59,946 nt of DNA. It comes from a virus (taxonomy: Duplodnaviria; Caudoviricetes). The notes beneath the pieces were generated by a model, which was given only the letters and a program-made list of their open reading frames with translations, was not told the origin of the DNA and searched no databases. The position numbers and the translations under genes are program-made. Position 1 is the first letter of the stretch; every line of letters begins with the position of its first letter. Shown here piece after piece: positions 1 to 9,120 of this stretch. The DNA lies in the IMG/VR virus record IMGVR_UViG_3300031753_000008, positions 1 through 59,946 of that record. One strand, written 5' to 3'.

Positions 1-171
1 CGGCATGGCGCAGGAGCAATACGCGACCCGGCTGATGGGCTCGGGTGCGCGGCCGGGCGGTGTTCTCCAGACCGACCGAAAGTTGTCCGAGGAAGCTTTT
101 GAGAGGCTGCGTGACGGCTTCAACCAGAATTACGCCGGGCTGCGCAATGCCGGCCGTACCGCGATCCTCGA
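1..171 (+). repeat. Terminal overlap, copy 1 (circularity)
   Basis: Matches 59776-59946 except G127 vs A59902 (synonymous CAG/CAA). Confidence 0.97.
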
Positions 172-736
172 AGAGGGGCTCAAGTGGCAGCCCTTGGCGA
201 TGACTGCGGAGCAGGCCGAAGCGCTCAAATCGCGCGAGTTCCAGCTCGAGGATGTCGGCCGCGGCTTTGGCGTGCCGCGGCACCGGCTGGGCTTGCCGAT
301 CGAGCGCGGCGACCTCGTGCAATTGCAGCAGCTCTACCTCAACACGACCTTGACCGCCTGGGCCGAGCGCTGGGTCCCGAAATTCGAGGATCTGGGCGAG
401 CTCGACGGCCAGAAACTCTTTGTCGAGTTCGACTATTCGCACTTCCTGAAGGCCGATTTGCAGACGCGCCTTACTGCGATGCGCACCGGCGTCGTGGGGA
501 TGGTCTATACCCCGAACGAGGCGCGGCTCGGCGAGGACTTGGGGGCGGTCGAGGGCGGCGACACGCTCTATCAGCCAGTCAACGTGGCGCCGATCGGCTA
601 TGTCCCGCAATCGGCGGCGAACGGCAACAACGCGCCAAACGGGCCCGGCAGCGACCAGTCGGGCGAAGCCGCCCCGGGCGGCCGAGGCGACGGCTCGCGG
701 CCGGCCGATCTGCCCGACGAAGCGCCGAACGTGTGA
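1..736 (+). CDS. HK97-family portal protein, C-terminal part
   Basis: GARPGGVL, NAGRTAILEEGLKW, FGVP and YTPNEAR motifs. Confidence 0.95.
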   Translation, partial: GMAQEQYATRLMGSGARPGGVLQTDRKLSEEAFERLRDGFNQNYAGLRNAGRTAILEEGLKWQPLAMTAEQAEALKSREFQLEDVGRGFGVPRHRLGLPIERGDLVQLQQLYLNTTLTAWAERWVPKFEDLGELDGQKLFVEFDYSHFLKADLQTRLTAMRTGVVGMVYTPNEARLGEDLGAVEGGDTLYQPVNVAPIGYVPQSAANGNNAPNGPGSDQSGEAAPGGRGDGSRPADLPDEAPNV

Positions 737-740
737 ACCG

Positions 741-768
741 CGCGGTACAACACGGTACAACGAGGTAC
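741..768 (+). repeat. 10-bp-period direct repeat (cgcggtacaa/cacggtacaa/cgaggtac)
   Basis: Seen directly between the portal stop and the next ORF. Confidence 0.7.
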
Positions 769-773
769 GCCGA

Positions 774-902
774 ATGTACGTCGATCGCATGCTGCGGCCG
801 GCCTATCGGTCGCGCGAGGAGCGCACCCAGCATTCGAAAGCGCGCGAGAACGCCCGGCGCGCCGCAAAACTACGCGAGCAAGCACAAAAATGCCCGAGCT
901 GA
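774..902 (+). CDS. Small basic hypothetical protein (42 aa)
   Basis: GAGGT upstream of ATG 774; MYVDRMLRPAYRSREERTQH...; overlaps the protease start. Confidence 0.4.
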   Translation: MYVDRMLRPAYRSREERTQHSKARENARRAAKLREQAQKCPS

Positions 903-2419
903 TCGACGTTGCGCGGGTCCGCGAGGGATTGCGCGCCGGGCAGAAGCCTGCGGGTGCGGTGTGGCGGCTGGCGACGGTCGAGCCGTTTGCCGATGTCGAC
1001 AGCAGCCGGCGCATCCCATTCTGTCTGTCGGACGGGACGGTCGACCGGATGGGCGACACGATCGCCGCCGACGGCTGGGTCCTCGACGGCTACCAGAAAA
1101 ACCCGGTGGCGCTGTGGGCGCATGACGCTTTCTCGCCGCCGATCGGCCGCGGCATCAATATCCGCGTCTCGGACGGGCGCCTCTTGGGCGACGTCGAATT
1201 CGCTGGCGCCGAGGTCTACGACTTCGCCGACCTGATCTTTCGCCTGGTCAAGGCGAAATACGTCAATGCCGGCTCGGTCGGCTTTATGCCGCTCGACCTC
1301 GAATTCTCGAACGATAAGGACCGGCCCTGGGGCATCGACTTCACCCGCCAGGAATTGCTCGAATTCTCGGTCGTGCCAGTGCCCGCGAACGCCAACGCGC
1401 TCGTCGAGGCGCGCGCCAAAGGCATCGACACTCGGCCGCTTGCCGAATGGGCCGAACGCGTGCTGGACGGCGGCGGGAGGGTCATTGTGCCGAAAACCGA
1501 ATTGGAGCGGCTGCGGCGCCTGGCGCAGGAACCACGACGCCGCGGCGGTGCTGCTGCCGACTGGAAATGCGGGGCGGCGCGCGACCTGGCGCTCGACGAC
1601 AGTGATGCGTGGGATGGCGGTGCGGCCGCGGCCTCGATCTTTGAATATGCCGGCGGCGACGATTTCGACCCGGCAAAGGCCAGGCGCGGCTTCCTCCTCT
1701 ACGACGCGGCCGCTCCCAAGCTGCGCGGGTCGTACAAGGATCCGTTCGCGCACGTGGCGGGCGGCGAATTGAAGGCGGTCAAGGGCGGCATCCGGGCGGC
1801 GGCCTCTCGCCTGCCGCAGACCGATGCCCCGCAGGAAGCGCTCGACGCGGCCGAAACCGTCGTCAAACATTACGAGGAGAAGTTCGGCATGGCCGGAGAC
1901 AAGAATTTGCGCCCGGGCGCTCAGGCTCGCGCGGATGGCGGCGGCATGGGCGAGGGCGACCCCTCGACCGGCGGCTACCTCGCCAATTGCGGGCGCGGGC
2001 TCGACAGCGAATGTGGCCTCAAAAACCCCGAGGAATGCATGATCCACGGCCCGTCGATGGCCGACAAGGCATTGGCGGGTGCGGTGGCGCGCGCGGTCGG
2101 CGCCGAATTGCGCCGCGAGCTCGCACCCCTGGTGGCGCGCGGCATGCCCGATGACGGCGGCGCCGACGACCACCTCGATCGCGCGATGGAGCACGTCCGC
2201 GCGGCGCACGGCCACGCCAAGGACCTCGCCGACGGCGACGGCCCCAAGGGCAAGATGCGCGACGCGGCGATCTGCGCGATGCACGCGCACGTCAAGGCGG
2301 CCGACGGCTACATGGAAAAGTGCCGCAGCCTGATGGCTGACGGCGGCGACGACGGCAAGCGTACGGTTGAGGACATCGAAGCCCGCGCTGCGCGCGTCGC
2401 GGCCCTCGCGGCTGCCTAA
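890..2419 (+). CDS. HK97-family prohead protease with long C-terminal extension
   Basis: DRMGDTI, NPVALWAH, SVGFMP and ELLEFSVVPVPAN motifs; sits between portal and capsid. Confidence 0.92.
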   Translation: MPELIDVARVREGLRAGQKPAGAVWRLATVEPFADVDSSRRIPFCLSDGTVDRMGDTIAADGWVLDGYQKNPVALWAHDAFSPPIGRGINIRVSDGRLLGDVEFAGAEVYDFADLIFRLVKAKYVNAGSVGFMPLDLEFSNDKDRPWGIDFTRQELLEFSVVPVPANANALVEARAKGIDTRPLAEWAERVLDGGGRVIVPKTELERLRRLAQEPRRRGGAAADWKCGAARDLALDDSDAWDGGAAAASIFEYAGGDDFDPAKARRGFLLYDAAAPKLRGSYKDPFAHVAGGELKAVKGGIRAAASRLPQTDAPQEALDAAETVVKHYEEKFGMAGDKNLRPGAQARADGGGMGEGDPSTGGYLANCGRGLDSECGLKNPEECMIHGPSMADKALAGAVARAVGAELRRELAPLVARGMPDDGGADDHLDRAMEHVRAAHGHAKDLADGDGPKGKMRDAAICAMHAHVKAADGYMEKCRSLMADGGDDGKRTVEDIEARAARVAALAAA

Positions 2420-2459
2420 TCCCCTTTCACCCCGCCCCGGTCTTTCCGGGGCGCCCCGC

Positions 2460-2484
2460 AAGCCCGCACTCCGCGGGCTTTTTT
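2460..2484 (+). terminator. Intrinsic terminator before the capsid gene
   Basis: aagcccgc-actcc-gcgggctt followed by a T run; a second hairpin lies at 2434-2452. Confidence 0.75.
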
Positions 2485-2503
2485 ATTGACCGGAGCCCGC
2501 TGA

Positions 2504-3763
2504 ATGGACCCGAGACCGAAACTCCACCAGCTGAAGCAACAGCGGGCGGCCGCCTATGACGAGCTGCAAAAGCTGCAGAGCCACCCCGACCAGCGCAAGT
2601 TCGACGCCAAGGCCTCCGAGGTCGAGAGCCTCGACATTGCAATCGCGCGCGCCGAAAAGACGCTCGAGCTCGCCCGCACGGACGCAAAGCTGACGCCGGG
2701 CGGCGAGCTAGTGCCGAACGACGGCTGGAAGAACGCCGGCGAGCAGTTCCAGGCGGTCATGCGCGCCGCCTTCAACGACGGCCGCGGGGTCGACCCGCGG
2801 CTGATCCGGGCGCCGGCGGGGCTGGGCGAAACCGACCCGTCGGGCGGCGGCTTTACGATCGCCCCCGAATTCTCGGCGACGATCCTGACCCGCGCCTACG
2901 ACATGGGCGAGCTCGCCAAGCGCGTCTTCAAGCTGCCGATCGAAGGCCCCGGCATCCGCATCCCGTCGATCGACGAGCAGAGCCGTGTGACCGGCTCGCG
3001 CTGGGGCGGCGTCCAGTCCTACTGGGTCGGCGAAGGCGACACGGTGACCGCGACCAAGCCCAAATTCCGGCTGATCGAGCTCTACCTCAAAAAGCTGATG
3101 AGCCTGTGGTACGTCACCGACGAGATGCTCGCCGACTCGACGGCGCTGACCGGCATCGCCAACCAGGCGTTCGCCGAAGAAATCATGTTCATGATCGAGG
3201 ACGCGATCTTCGAGGGCTCGGGTGCGGGCCAGCCGCAGGGCTACATGAACGCCAACGCGCTCGTGACGGTGCCGGCCGACAAGGGCCAGGCGCCAAAGAC
3301 GCTGACCTACACCAACGTCACCAACATGTGGCAGCACGCCTGGGCGCGGGCACGCAAAAACATGGTGTGGCTGATCAACCAGGACTGCGAGTCGCAGCTC
3401 TTGAGCCTTTCGACCGTGGTCGGGACCGGCGGCCAGCCCGTCTACCTACCGGTCGGCTCGATCGGCTCGCAGGCGGCGAACGCGCCGAACGGCACCCTCT
3501 TGGGGCGCCCGGTGATCCCGATCGAATATGCCAACACCCTCGGCACCACAGGCGACATCACGCTTGTCGACCTGTCGCAGTTCGTCGTCGCCGACCGCAA
3601 CGCGATGCAGCAGATGTCGTCGATCCACGTGCGGTTCACGACCGACGAGATGACCTTTCGGTTGACCTACCGCGTCGACGGCAGCCCGATCTGGCACACG
3701 GGCCTGACCCCGTTCAAGGGCTCGAACACGCTCTCGCCGTTCATCGCGCTGGCGAGCCGCTGA
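2504..3763 (+). CDS. HK97-fold major capsid protein
   Basis: Coiled-coil N-terminal delta domain, GGGFTIAPEF, WVGEG, GSGAGQPQG, TLLGRPV, FTTDEMTFR. Confidence 0.95.
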   Translation: MDPRPKLHQLKQQRAAAYDELQKLQSHPDQRKFDAKASEVESLDIAIARAEKTLELARTDAKLTPGGELVPNDGWKNAGEQFQAVMRAAFNDGRGVDPRLIRAPAGLGETDPSGGGFTIAPEFSATILTRAYDMGELAKRVFKLPIEGPGIRIPSIDEQSRVTGSRWGGVQSYWVGEGDTVTATKPKFRLIELYLKKLMSLWYVTDEMLADSTALTGIANQAFAEEIMFMIEDAIFEGSGAGQPQGYMNANALVTVPADKGQAPKTLTYTNVTNMWQHAWARARKNMVWLINQDCESQLLSLSTVVGTGGQPVYLPVGSIGSQAANAPNGTLLGRPVIPIEYANTLGTTGDITLVDLSQFVVADRNAMQQMSSIHVRFTTDEMTFRLTYRVDGSPIWHTGLTPFKGSNTLSPFIALASR

Positions 3764-3822
3764 CTTCTTGATCCGCCGCCTCCGGCGGCTCGCGTCCCGC
3801 CCTAGCTGAAGGTCTCCCTCTG

Positions 3823-4341
3823 ATGGCTACTCCGTTCCGCCTCTGGGAAAACGCCCAGATCGTCAACCTGCTGCCGGCCGCGGCCGACGCCGCCGGCCGC
3901 ATCTCGAGCTACGTCTCGGTCAAATACGGCCACAAGGCGTTCCTCGTCTGCGGCGTCAACCAAGGGAACGCCGCGACCGTCACCTTTACCCCGTTGCAGG
4001 CGACCGACAACCTCGGCACCAACTCGGCCGGGTTGAGCGCCGGCGCGCCGATCGCCGCCGACCTCGACACCTCGACCTCGACCGGGTCGGACCAGTTCAC
4101 GTTCCCCGCGGCGGCGGCGAGCTATACGACCGACGCCGGGCTCAAAAACAAGATCGTGGTCTTCGAGATCGATCCGGTCGAGCAGATGAACCCGAATAAC
4201 CTCGCTTCGGGCAACCCCCTGCCGTTCAGCCATATCGCGATCCAGACCGGGGCCTCGAACGCGGCCAACATCACCTCGGCCTATCTCGTCGTGATGCCGC
4301 TGCGCGACCAGCGGCTCAACCCGCCGACGACTTACGTCTGA
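3823..4341 (+). CDS. Virion structural protein (capsid decoration/cement candidate)
   Basis: Beta-rich 172 aa ORF directly after the capsid gene; function inferred from position. Confidence 0.6.
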   Translation: MATPFRLWENAQIVNLLPAAADAAGRISSYVSVKYGHKAFLVCGVNQGNAATVTFTPLQATDNLGTNSAGLSAGAPIAADLDTSTSTGSDQFTFPAAAASYTTDAGLKNKIVVFEIDPVEQMNPNNLASGNPLPFSHIAIQTGASNAANITSAYLVVMPLRDQRLNPPTTYV

Positions 4342-4403
4342 TCGGGCCGGGCCGCTCGCTTGGTTGGGCCCTCTCGTTTGACTGTCAACAAGGAGAGCCG
4401 GCA

Positions 4404-5171
4404 ATGGGCTCGCTGATACAGCTGCGGTCGCGCAACTCGCCGGCCGGCGATCGCCAGGCCGAATACGACTTGGCGACCCAGGAAACGATTTTGCGCGTCA
4501 ATGCGGCGGTGCTCGACGAGGATTTCTGCGGGCCGGGGCACACCACGATCCCGGCGGCTGGGTCGCCGGCGGCCGGATACCCGTGGGTCAAGAACACCGC
4601 GACCGGCTCGGGGACGGTCAGCGTCCTCGCTAATTTTTCCGGCGGCGCGGTCGCCTGCGCGCTCGCCGCGACCTCGGAAGCCGAGGAGGCGACGCTCTAC
4701 GCCAACGACATGCTGAATTGGGACGCCTCGAAGAGCGCGGTTTTCGAGGCGCGCCTGGCGATGAGCGTCCTGCCGACCGGCGTCGCCGAAGCGCTGTTCG
4801 GGCTTCGCGCCGCGCGCAACGCGGTTCCCGACAGCGCCGCGGTCTATATCGATTTCCAGATGCTGGGGAACGGCAACGTCAACGTCCGCATCAAGGACGG
4901 CGTCACCTCGGTCCAATCGGTCGCGACCGGGGTCACCCTCGCCGCCGGCGTGTTTCACAATTTCCGCTTCGACGCATCAGACCCGACCAACGTCCAGTTC
5001 TTCATCGACGGGATCAAGGTCAGCCCGGTGGCGTCGGCGGCGGCGATGACCTTTGCCGCGACCGGCGCCAGCGCGGTGCTGCAGCCCTATTTCGCGGTCT
5101 ACAAAACCGCGACGACCGACGTCGCGACGATGCAGGTCGACTCCTGCCAGATCGGCATGAACCGGTCCTGA
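4404..5171 (+). CDS. Structural protein with lectin/ConA-like beta sandwich
   Basis: AGGAG RBS; FEARL...FHNFRF...VQFFIDG pattern. Confidence 0.6.
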   Translation: MGSLIQLRSRNSPAGDRQAEYDLATQETILRVNAAVLDEDFCGPGHTTIPAAGSPAAGYPWVKNTATGSGTVSVLANFSGGAVACALAATSEAEEATLYANDMLNWDASKSAVFEARLAMSVLPTGVAEALFGLRAARNAVPDSAAVYIDFQMLGNGNVNVRIKDGVTSVQSVATGVTLAAGVFHNFRFDASDPTNVQFFIDGIKVSPVASAAAMTFAATGASAVLQPYFAVYKTATTDVATMQVDSCQIGMNRS

Positions 5172-5212
5172 CCTTTCTGCCAGATAGCGCCGTAAAGCGG
5201 GGCCGCCAGTAA

Positions 5213-5554
5213 ATGTCGCTCTTTACCGACATCGAATACTTCACCGCGACGATCCAGTCGGGCCAGACCGTCTCTAACGCGGTCCAGATCGGCAAGAAGA
5301 CCTTGGTCGGGGTCGTAACTCCGTCGGGGTGGACGACCGCAACAATCGCGTTTCAGGCATCACCCGACGCGGCGAATTTCTACCCGGTAAACAATTTTGC
5401 GTTTACCGGCGTCCTCTCGGGCAGCATCACCGCCTCGCAGTTTATCGAGATCGACCCGACTCAGTGGCGCGGTATCGACACCCTAAAGTTGGTTTCCGGC
5501 GCAAGCCAGGGGTCGACCGTAAATGTCACCCTCGTTGTTCGCGGCGTCACCTGA
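5213..5554 (+). CDS. Small beta-sandwich virion protein
   Basis: ATIQSGQTVSNAV...PSGWTTATIAFQASPD; a type common in phage head operons. Confidence 0.6.
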   Translation: MSLFTDIEYFTATIQSGQTVSNAVQIGKKTLVGVVTPSGWTTATIAFQASPDAANFYPVNNFAFTGVLSGSITASQFIEIDPTQWRGIDTLKLVSGASQGSTVNVTLVVRGVT

Positions 5555-5557
5555 CCC

Positions 5558-6541
5558 ATGGCGTTGCGCCGCGTTGTCGCCGTCACCTCGCCCGCTACGG
5601 CTCCGGACGCGCCCAGCGACAACCTGCCGGCGCCCGGCGCCTATGACCTCGTCGACTTTCCGACCGTGCTCGGCGAGCTCGGCGTCAACGCGTCCGACCC
5701 GAACTTGCCTTTGGCGTGGATGGCGCGCGCGGTGACCGACGTGTCGCTGCGCATCCGGGACTATTGCAACCGCGTCTTCCAGGTCGAAGGGCTGAGCGAG
5801 CTATTGATCCTCGACGGCGGTTCGGGGCTCACCCCCGGCACCGTAGCGCCGTTGACGTTGTCGCGCTGGCCGGTGGCGAATGCCGTCAGCCTCCTCGCCG
5901 CCGCCGAAGCCGACAGCGGCGCGGTGTTGACTTTTACGTCAACCGCCGGGGTTGCAGCCGGCATGCCGGCGAGCCACCGCGCGATCCCGCCCGGGACCAC
6001 AGTGGCGAGCCTAACGCCGACGACGGTCACCCTGTCGGCGCCGCTCAGCACGAATCCCACCGCGGCGTTGGCGACGAAGGTGCTCGCCGGCGACGCCGTC
6101 GTCTTTGGGCTCTCGGTGGCACGCATCCTCGCGACCGGCCAGTCGCCCTATCTACCGGTCAGCCTCGGCTTGCTGAACACCGGGCCGCTGCCGGCGCAGT
6201 CGCTCGGCCCCTATGTCGACTACCTCGTCGACAGCAAGATCGGGCGGCTGATCCGGCTCAACCCGTTCGACGCCGCGCCCTGCACCTGGGACACCTTTCC
6301 GACCTGGGTCAACTACAGCGCCGGCTATCCCGCGATCCCCGACGACATCGCGGGTGCGGCACTCGAGTGGATCAGCTGGCGCTATTACGAGCGCAAGCGC
6401 GGCGACCCGGCGCTGAAAACCCGCACCCAGCCCGAGCTCGGCACCGAAACCTGGTGGGTCGGCGGGCCGCCTTCTTCGGGCGGCGTGCCGGAATCGATCC
6501 GCGGCGTGCTCGACCATTACCGCGTGCCGGTGGCGGGATGA
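5558..6541 (+). CDS. Head-tail connector/adaptor (gp6-like) with inserted beta domain
   Basis: IRDYCNRVF, LSRWPV, YSAGYPAIPDDI and a terminal LDHYR. Confidence 0.8.
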   Translation: MALRRVVAVTSPATAPDAPSDNLPAPGAYDLVDFPTVLGELGVNASDPNLPLAWMARAVTDVSLRIRDYCNRVFQVEGLSELLILDGGSGLTPGTVAPLTLSRWPVANAVSLLAAAEADSGAVLTFTSTAGVAAGMPASHRAIPPGTTVASLTPTTVTLSAPLSTNPTAALATKVLAGDAVVFGLSVARILATGQSPYLPVSLGLLNTGPLPAQSLGPYVDYLVDSKIGRLIRLNPFDAAPCTWDTFPTWVNYSAGYPAIPDDIAGAALEWISWRYYERKRGDPALKTRTQPELGTETWWVGGPPSSGGVPESIRGVLDHYRVPVAG

Positions 6542-6735
6542 TCGCCGACGACTTTGAGGGGATCGCGGCCGGGCGCAAGCGGCTGGCCGGAGCGCCGGAG
6601 CCGTGGCAGGCACCCTCGAAGCTGCGGCCCTGCGCCAAATGCGGGGCCGACGACCTCGCCAAATGCACCTGCGACAACCCACGCTGCCCGTGCGGCTACA
6701 TGCCGGCCGGGCAATGCGATTGCTGCGGCTGCTGA
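6538..6735 (+). CDS. Cys-rich mini-protein (65 aa, 10 Cys)
   Basis: ATGA overlap with the upstream stop; ends 1 bp before the next ATG; CAKC-CTC-CPC-CDCCGC. Confidence 0.65.
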   Translation: MIADDFEGIAAGRKRLAGAPEPWQAPSKLRPCAKCGADDLAKCTCDNPRCPCGYMPAGQCDCCGC

Positions 6736-6736
6736 G

Positions 6737-7237
6737 ATGGTCGAGTTCGATGTGCTGGCGGTCGGCGAGCGCCGCCTGCAGGCGTTTTTTGACGATTTCC
6801 CGGCGCGGCTCGACGCGCGGCTCTATGCCGCGATGGAGCGTATCGCGGGGCGGCTCCTGAGTGCGGTCGAGGCGGCCGAGCCGCAGCGCACCGGCGCCCT
6901 GCGGAGCGAAACGACGAGCTTTGTCACGAAGACCGCCGCCGCGATCACCGCCGGCGTCGCCGTCGAGGCGCCGGCGGGCGACAAGGCGGCGCACGGCAAG
7001 GCGGCAGCCCTCGAATACGGCGCCCACCGATCGGCGACCGTCGCCGAGCATTGGGCGATCCGCGCGAATTTCTGGGGCCGCTACTCGGCACCGCGAGCGG
7101 TGCTGATCGAGGAATACCGCCGCCGCGTCGAGATCGGCGAGGAGCGCTATCTGCGTGGGCCGTTCGCCGCCTTGCGGGGCACGATCCTGGCCGACATCGA
7201 AGCCGCGGTCGGCCAGGCCGCCAACGCGCCCCCATAG
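6737..7237 (+). CDS. HK97 gp10-like tail completion/neck protein
   Basis: PQRTGALRS, AAALEYG and ERYLRG motifs; position. Confidence 0.8.
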   Translation: MVEFDVLAVGERRLQAFFDDFPARLDARLYAAMERIAGRLLSAVEAAEPQRTGALRSETTSFVTKTAAAITAGVAVEAPAGDKAAHGKAAALEYGAHRSATVAEHWAIRANFWGRYSAPRAVLIEEYRRRVEIGEERYLRGPFAALRGTILADIEAAVGQAANAPP

Positions 7238-7251
7238 GCGAGGGGAGGCCC

Positions 7252-7683
7252 ATGAACCGCGAAGCGATCATGCAGGCGCTGCTGACCCTGGTCAGCGAGA
7301 GCGCCGGGTTTGTCACGATCGGCCGCCGCCTCGAATGGGTCGCCAAGGTCGCCGGGCTGCCGGCGCTCTATGTGATCGCGACCGACAACGAGTACCAGCA
7401 GCACGGCACGACCTTTCCGCCGCGCCGCACGATCGGCGCCGAGATCTGGGTCTATGCCGCAACCGACCTGCAGCAGCCGCCGGGCGCCCAGCTCAATCCG
7501 CTGATCGATGCGATCGAGGCGGCCTTGGGCGTCATGCCCGGCCAGGCGCAGACCCTGGGCGGCCTCGTCGTCCATTGCTGGATCGGCGGCGACGACGGGC
7601 AAAAGGCGCGGATCGAAATCTTTGAAGGCCATGCTTCGAGCCGTGCCGCCGCCATCATCCCGGTGAGGATCCTCGTGCCATGA
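7252..7683 (+). CDS. Tail terminator-like protein
   Basis: GGAGG RBS; MNREAIMQAL...LNPLIDAIEAAL...QTLGGLVVHCWI; lies before the tube gene. Confidence 0.75.
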   Translation: MNREAIMQALLTLVSESAGFVTIGRRLEWVAKVAGLPALYVIATDNEYQQHGTTFPPRRTIGAEIWVYAATDLQQPPGAQLNPLIDAIEAALGVMPGQAQTLGGLVVHCWIGGDDGQKARIEIFEGHASSRAAAIIPVRILVP

Positions 7684-7952
7684 GCGAGATCGACCAGAAA
7701 CCGTCTCCAGAGCCCGTGGGCGCGCCATCGGCGGCCCCAGCGCCTGTCGAGCCCGGCAAACCCGAAACCCCCACCGTAGCGGCTCCCCCGTCGGCTCCGA
7801 TCGCCTGGATGGCGATCGACGGCGCGATCGAGGCCTGGTGGAGCGACAACTTCCCCGGGTCGGCGGTGGCGCGCGACACCGCGGCGTGGAACGTCGCCTT
7901 TACCGCCAAAGAGGATTTGAAACGCCGCCTCGCGGCGCTGAGCGGAGTTTGA
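7680..7952 (+). CDS. Hypothetical protein
   Basis: ATGA-coupled ORF with a Pro-rich N-terminus. Confidence 0.65.
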   Translation: MSEIDQKPSPEPVGAPSAAPAPVEPGKPETPTVAAPPSAPIAWMAIDGAIEAWWSDNFPGSAVARDTAAWNVAFTAKEDLKRRLAALSGV

Positions 7953-7953
7953 A

Positions 7954-8721
7954 ATGCAGCTTTCCTTCGGGTCCGGCGCCTTGTGGGGCGAGCGCGTCGA
8001 CGTGACCGGGTCGGGCATCGGCCCCCACCAGTTTGGCGTCCTCCAGGATATCCAGATCGATTTCGACTGGACCGACAAGGAGCTCTACGGCATGATGCAG
8101 TTCCCGGTCGCGATCGCGCGCGGCCAGGGCAAGATCTCGGGCAAGGCGAAGCTCGCCCAGATCCTCGGCCTCCTCTATACCGACATCTTTTTTGGCCTGG
8201 CGGCGGCGGCGGGCCAGTTCGCGGTCACCCAGCTCGAGGCCGGGAGCGTCCCGGCGGTGTCGACCTACACGATCACGGTCGCGAACTCCGCCAACTACGT
8301 CGACGACCTCGGCGTCGTCTATGCCGCGACCGGCAAGCCGCTCAACCGGGTCACGACGCCCGCGTCGGCGGGCCAGTATTCGGTCAACTTCACGACCGGG
8401 GTCTACACCTTTGCCGCCGCCGACGCCTCGGCGGCGGTGCTGCTGTCCTATACCTACAATATCACCGCCGCCGGCAACAAGGTGACGATCGCCAACCAGC
8501 TGACCGGCACCACCCCGGTCTTCAAGGCGACCTTTTACACGCGCTCGCCCTACAGCCTCGGCGGCAGCGCCGGCGAAGGCTACGCGCTCAGGCTCAACGC
8601 CTGCACCGCCAACAAATTGTCGTTCCCGACCAAGATCGACGACTGGACGATCCAGGAGCTCGATTTCATGGCGTTCGCCGACGCCTCGAACACGATCGGC
8701 TATCTCTCGACCGTCGAATAA
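7954..8721 (+). CDS. Major tail tube protein
   Basis: FGVLQDIQIDF...KELYG..QFPVAIARG; C-terminal DDWTIQELDFMAFAD; lies before the chaperone. Confidence 0.8.
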   Translation: MQLSFGSGALWGERVDVTGSGIGPHQFGVLQDIQIDFDWTDKELYGMMQFPVAIARGQGKISGKAKLAQILGLLYTDIFFGLAAAAGQFAVTQLEAGSVPAVSTYTITVANSANYVDDLGVVYAATGKPLNRVTTPASAGQYSVNFTTGVYTFAAADASAAVLLSYTYNITAAGNKVTIANQLTGTTPVFKATFYTRSPYSLGGSAGEGYALRLNACTANKLSFPTKIDDWTIQELDFMAFADASNTIGYLSTVE

Positions 8722-8736
8722 GGGCGGAGCGCGCCG

Positions 8737-9120
8737 ATGGCGAAGATCAAGGGCGTCCCGATCGAGATGGGCGGCAGCGAATGGATCGTTGCGCCATTGA
8801 CGATCGCCCAAATCCGGGAGTCGCAAGCGGACCGCGCGACCTGCGAGAGCGAGGAAGCCTCGCTCGAGGCCCGCACCGATGCCGCGGCACGGATCATCCT
8901 GCCGGCATTGCAGCGCAATTACCCCGAGATCACCGCGGCGACGCTCGAGGGCGAGCTGCTCGACGCCGGCAACGTCTTTGAGACCCTGCGCGCGGTCCTG
9001 ACCGGGTCGGGGCTGCGCCCGGCGCAAGCGGGGGAAGCCGCGGCGGCGAGGACTGGGCCGGCCTCTACGGGCTCCTCGCCACCGCCTGCGGCTACCGGCC
9101 CGGAGACATCGACGGGCTGA
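8737..9120 (+). CDS. Tail assembly chaperone (gpG-like)
   Basis: Between tube and tape measure genes; ALQRNYPEIT motif. Confidence 0.8.
   Translation: MAKIKGVPIEMGGSEWIVAPLTIAQIRESQADRATCESEEASLEARTDAAARIILPALQRNYPEITAATLEGELLDAGNVFETLRAVLTGSGLRPAQAGEAAAARTGPASTGSSPPPAATGPETSTG

Noticed and set aside
1-171. Terminal repeat as a biological direct terminal repeat
   Set aside because: It falls mid-portal and simply closes the circle. The HNH/terminase layout suggests ends near terS, so this is an assembly overlap.
803-2461. Long antisense ORFs (also 9257-11005, 11075-12565, 25011-26942, 28027-29901, 54048-55598)
   Set aside because: Shadow frames of well-supported genes in GC-rich DNA; no recognisable motifs.
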